A stretch of DNA of 50,435 nucleotides from Bacteroidales bacterium. Lineage in GTDB: Bacteria; Bacteroidota; Bacteroidia; Bacteroidales; B18-G4. The stretch is from NCBI GenBank assembly GCA_040775045.1, contig JAXGTH010000004.1, positions 1 to 50,435 on the forward strand, written 5' to 3'. Shown here piece by piece: positions 50,035 through 50,435 of the stretch. Below the pieces are notes generated by a model. That model did no database searches. It had not been told where the DNA came from and saw only the letters and a list, made by a program, of their open reading frames with translations. Numbering within the stretch: the first letter of the stretch is position 1; every line of letters begins with the position of its first letter. The translations under genes and the position numbers were made by a program.

Positions 50035-50435
50035 TTGAGATATGAGACTTGAGGCGGGAGACTATGGGACCACAGGATTGGGTGATAGCGGATTGGGTGA
50101 TCGGGTGATATCAGATGGGATGTGATGATTGGGGGATAGAAGGATTTGATGTTTTATACAATTTAACAATATAGCAATATAACCATATAATCGTCCAACC
50201 GTCTGGCCGTCAAGCCGTTTAACCATGATAGGTAATAAGTGACCAGAGTGAGCTAGAGTGACTAAAGTTAGTGAGAATGCCTTTTTATGAGCGCAGCGAA
50301 ATGAAAAGGCCAGGTCGAACTGATCCCGAAAGCCTTATGGTTTCAGTGCTTCAGTGCCTGCCCCGAGAACTCGGTGGTTTCATGCTTATGTATGAGCGTG
50401 AGTGTGAGCCGTGAAACCATGTAACAATGAAACCA
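50035..50435 (+). repeat. Non-coding mosaic of degenerate 6-9 bp tandem repeats with one hairpin
   Basis: Examples: GGATTGGGTGAT x2; ACAATTTA ACAATATA GCAATATA ACCATATA; ACCGTCTG GCCGTCAA GCCGTTTA; AGTGACCAG..AGTGACTAA; TTCAGTGC x2; CCGTGAAA CCATGTAA CAATGAAA. Confidence 0.8.

Noticed and set aside
1-50435. tRNA, rRNA, transposase, integrase, prophage, riboswitch
   Set aside because: None recognised by eye. Intergenic gaps are short, and I saw no cobalamin riboswitch ahead of the radical SAM genes. An Rfam or tRNAscan run would be needed to exclude them.

Overview
A 50.4 kb gene-dense chromosomal window from a Bacteroidota bacterium, probably Bacteroidales-like. The phylum call rests on TAnnTTTG promoter elements, gldH, the holB-ricT-gldH-PBP1A order and a Bacteroidota-type sdhCAB. 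Housekeeping blocks: rpmB, a TonB-dependent receptor, Mn-type SOD, rocD, a cardiolipin synthase, a LytS/LytTR pair, yicC-gmk-nadD, two PepP paralogs, sdhCAB and holB-ricT-gldH-PBP1A. These surround two cell-envelope modification regions. The most interesting (about 13.2-31.9 kb) combines three paralogous cobalamin-dependent radical SAM enzymes, a fatty acyl-AMP ligase fused to a carrier domain, a free ACP, two KAS III enzymes and an SDR with a GNAT acyltransferase, a Wzx-like flippase, a sulfotransferase, a GT2 and a TMTC-like GT-C/TPR glycosyltransferase. I infer it builds a radical-modified acyl chain that goes onto a sulfated glycan or glycolipid; I cannot match it to a characterised pathway. 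The second region (42.2-50.0 kb) has more GT-C-like and GT2 proteins, a methyltransferase with a degenerate motif I and an FrhB-family protein missing several cluster cysteines. Patches of 6-9 bp tandem repeats occur at several gene ends and fill the last 400 bp. I saw no rRNA, tRNA, CRISPR array or transposase. All family calls come from motif recognition by eye, not database searches, and several starts were moved from the ORF track to more plausible ATGs.
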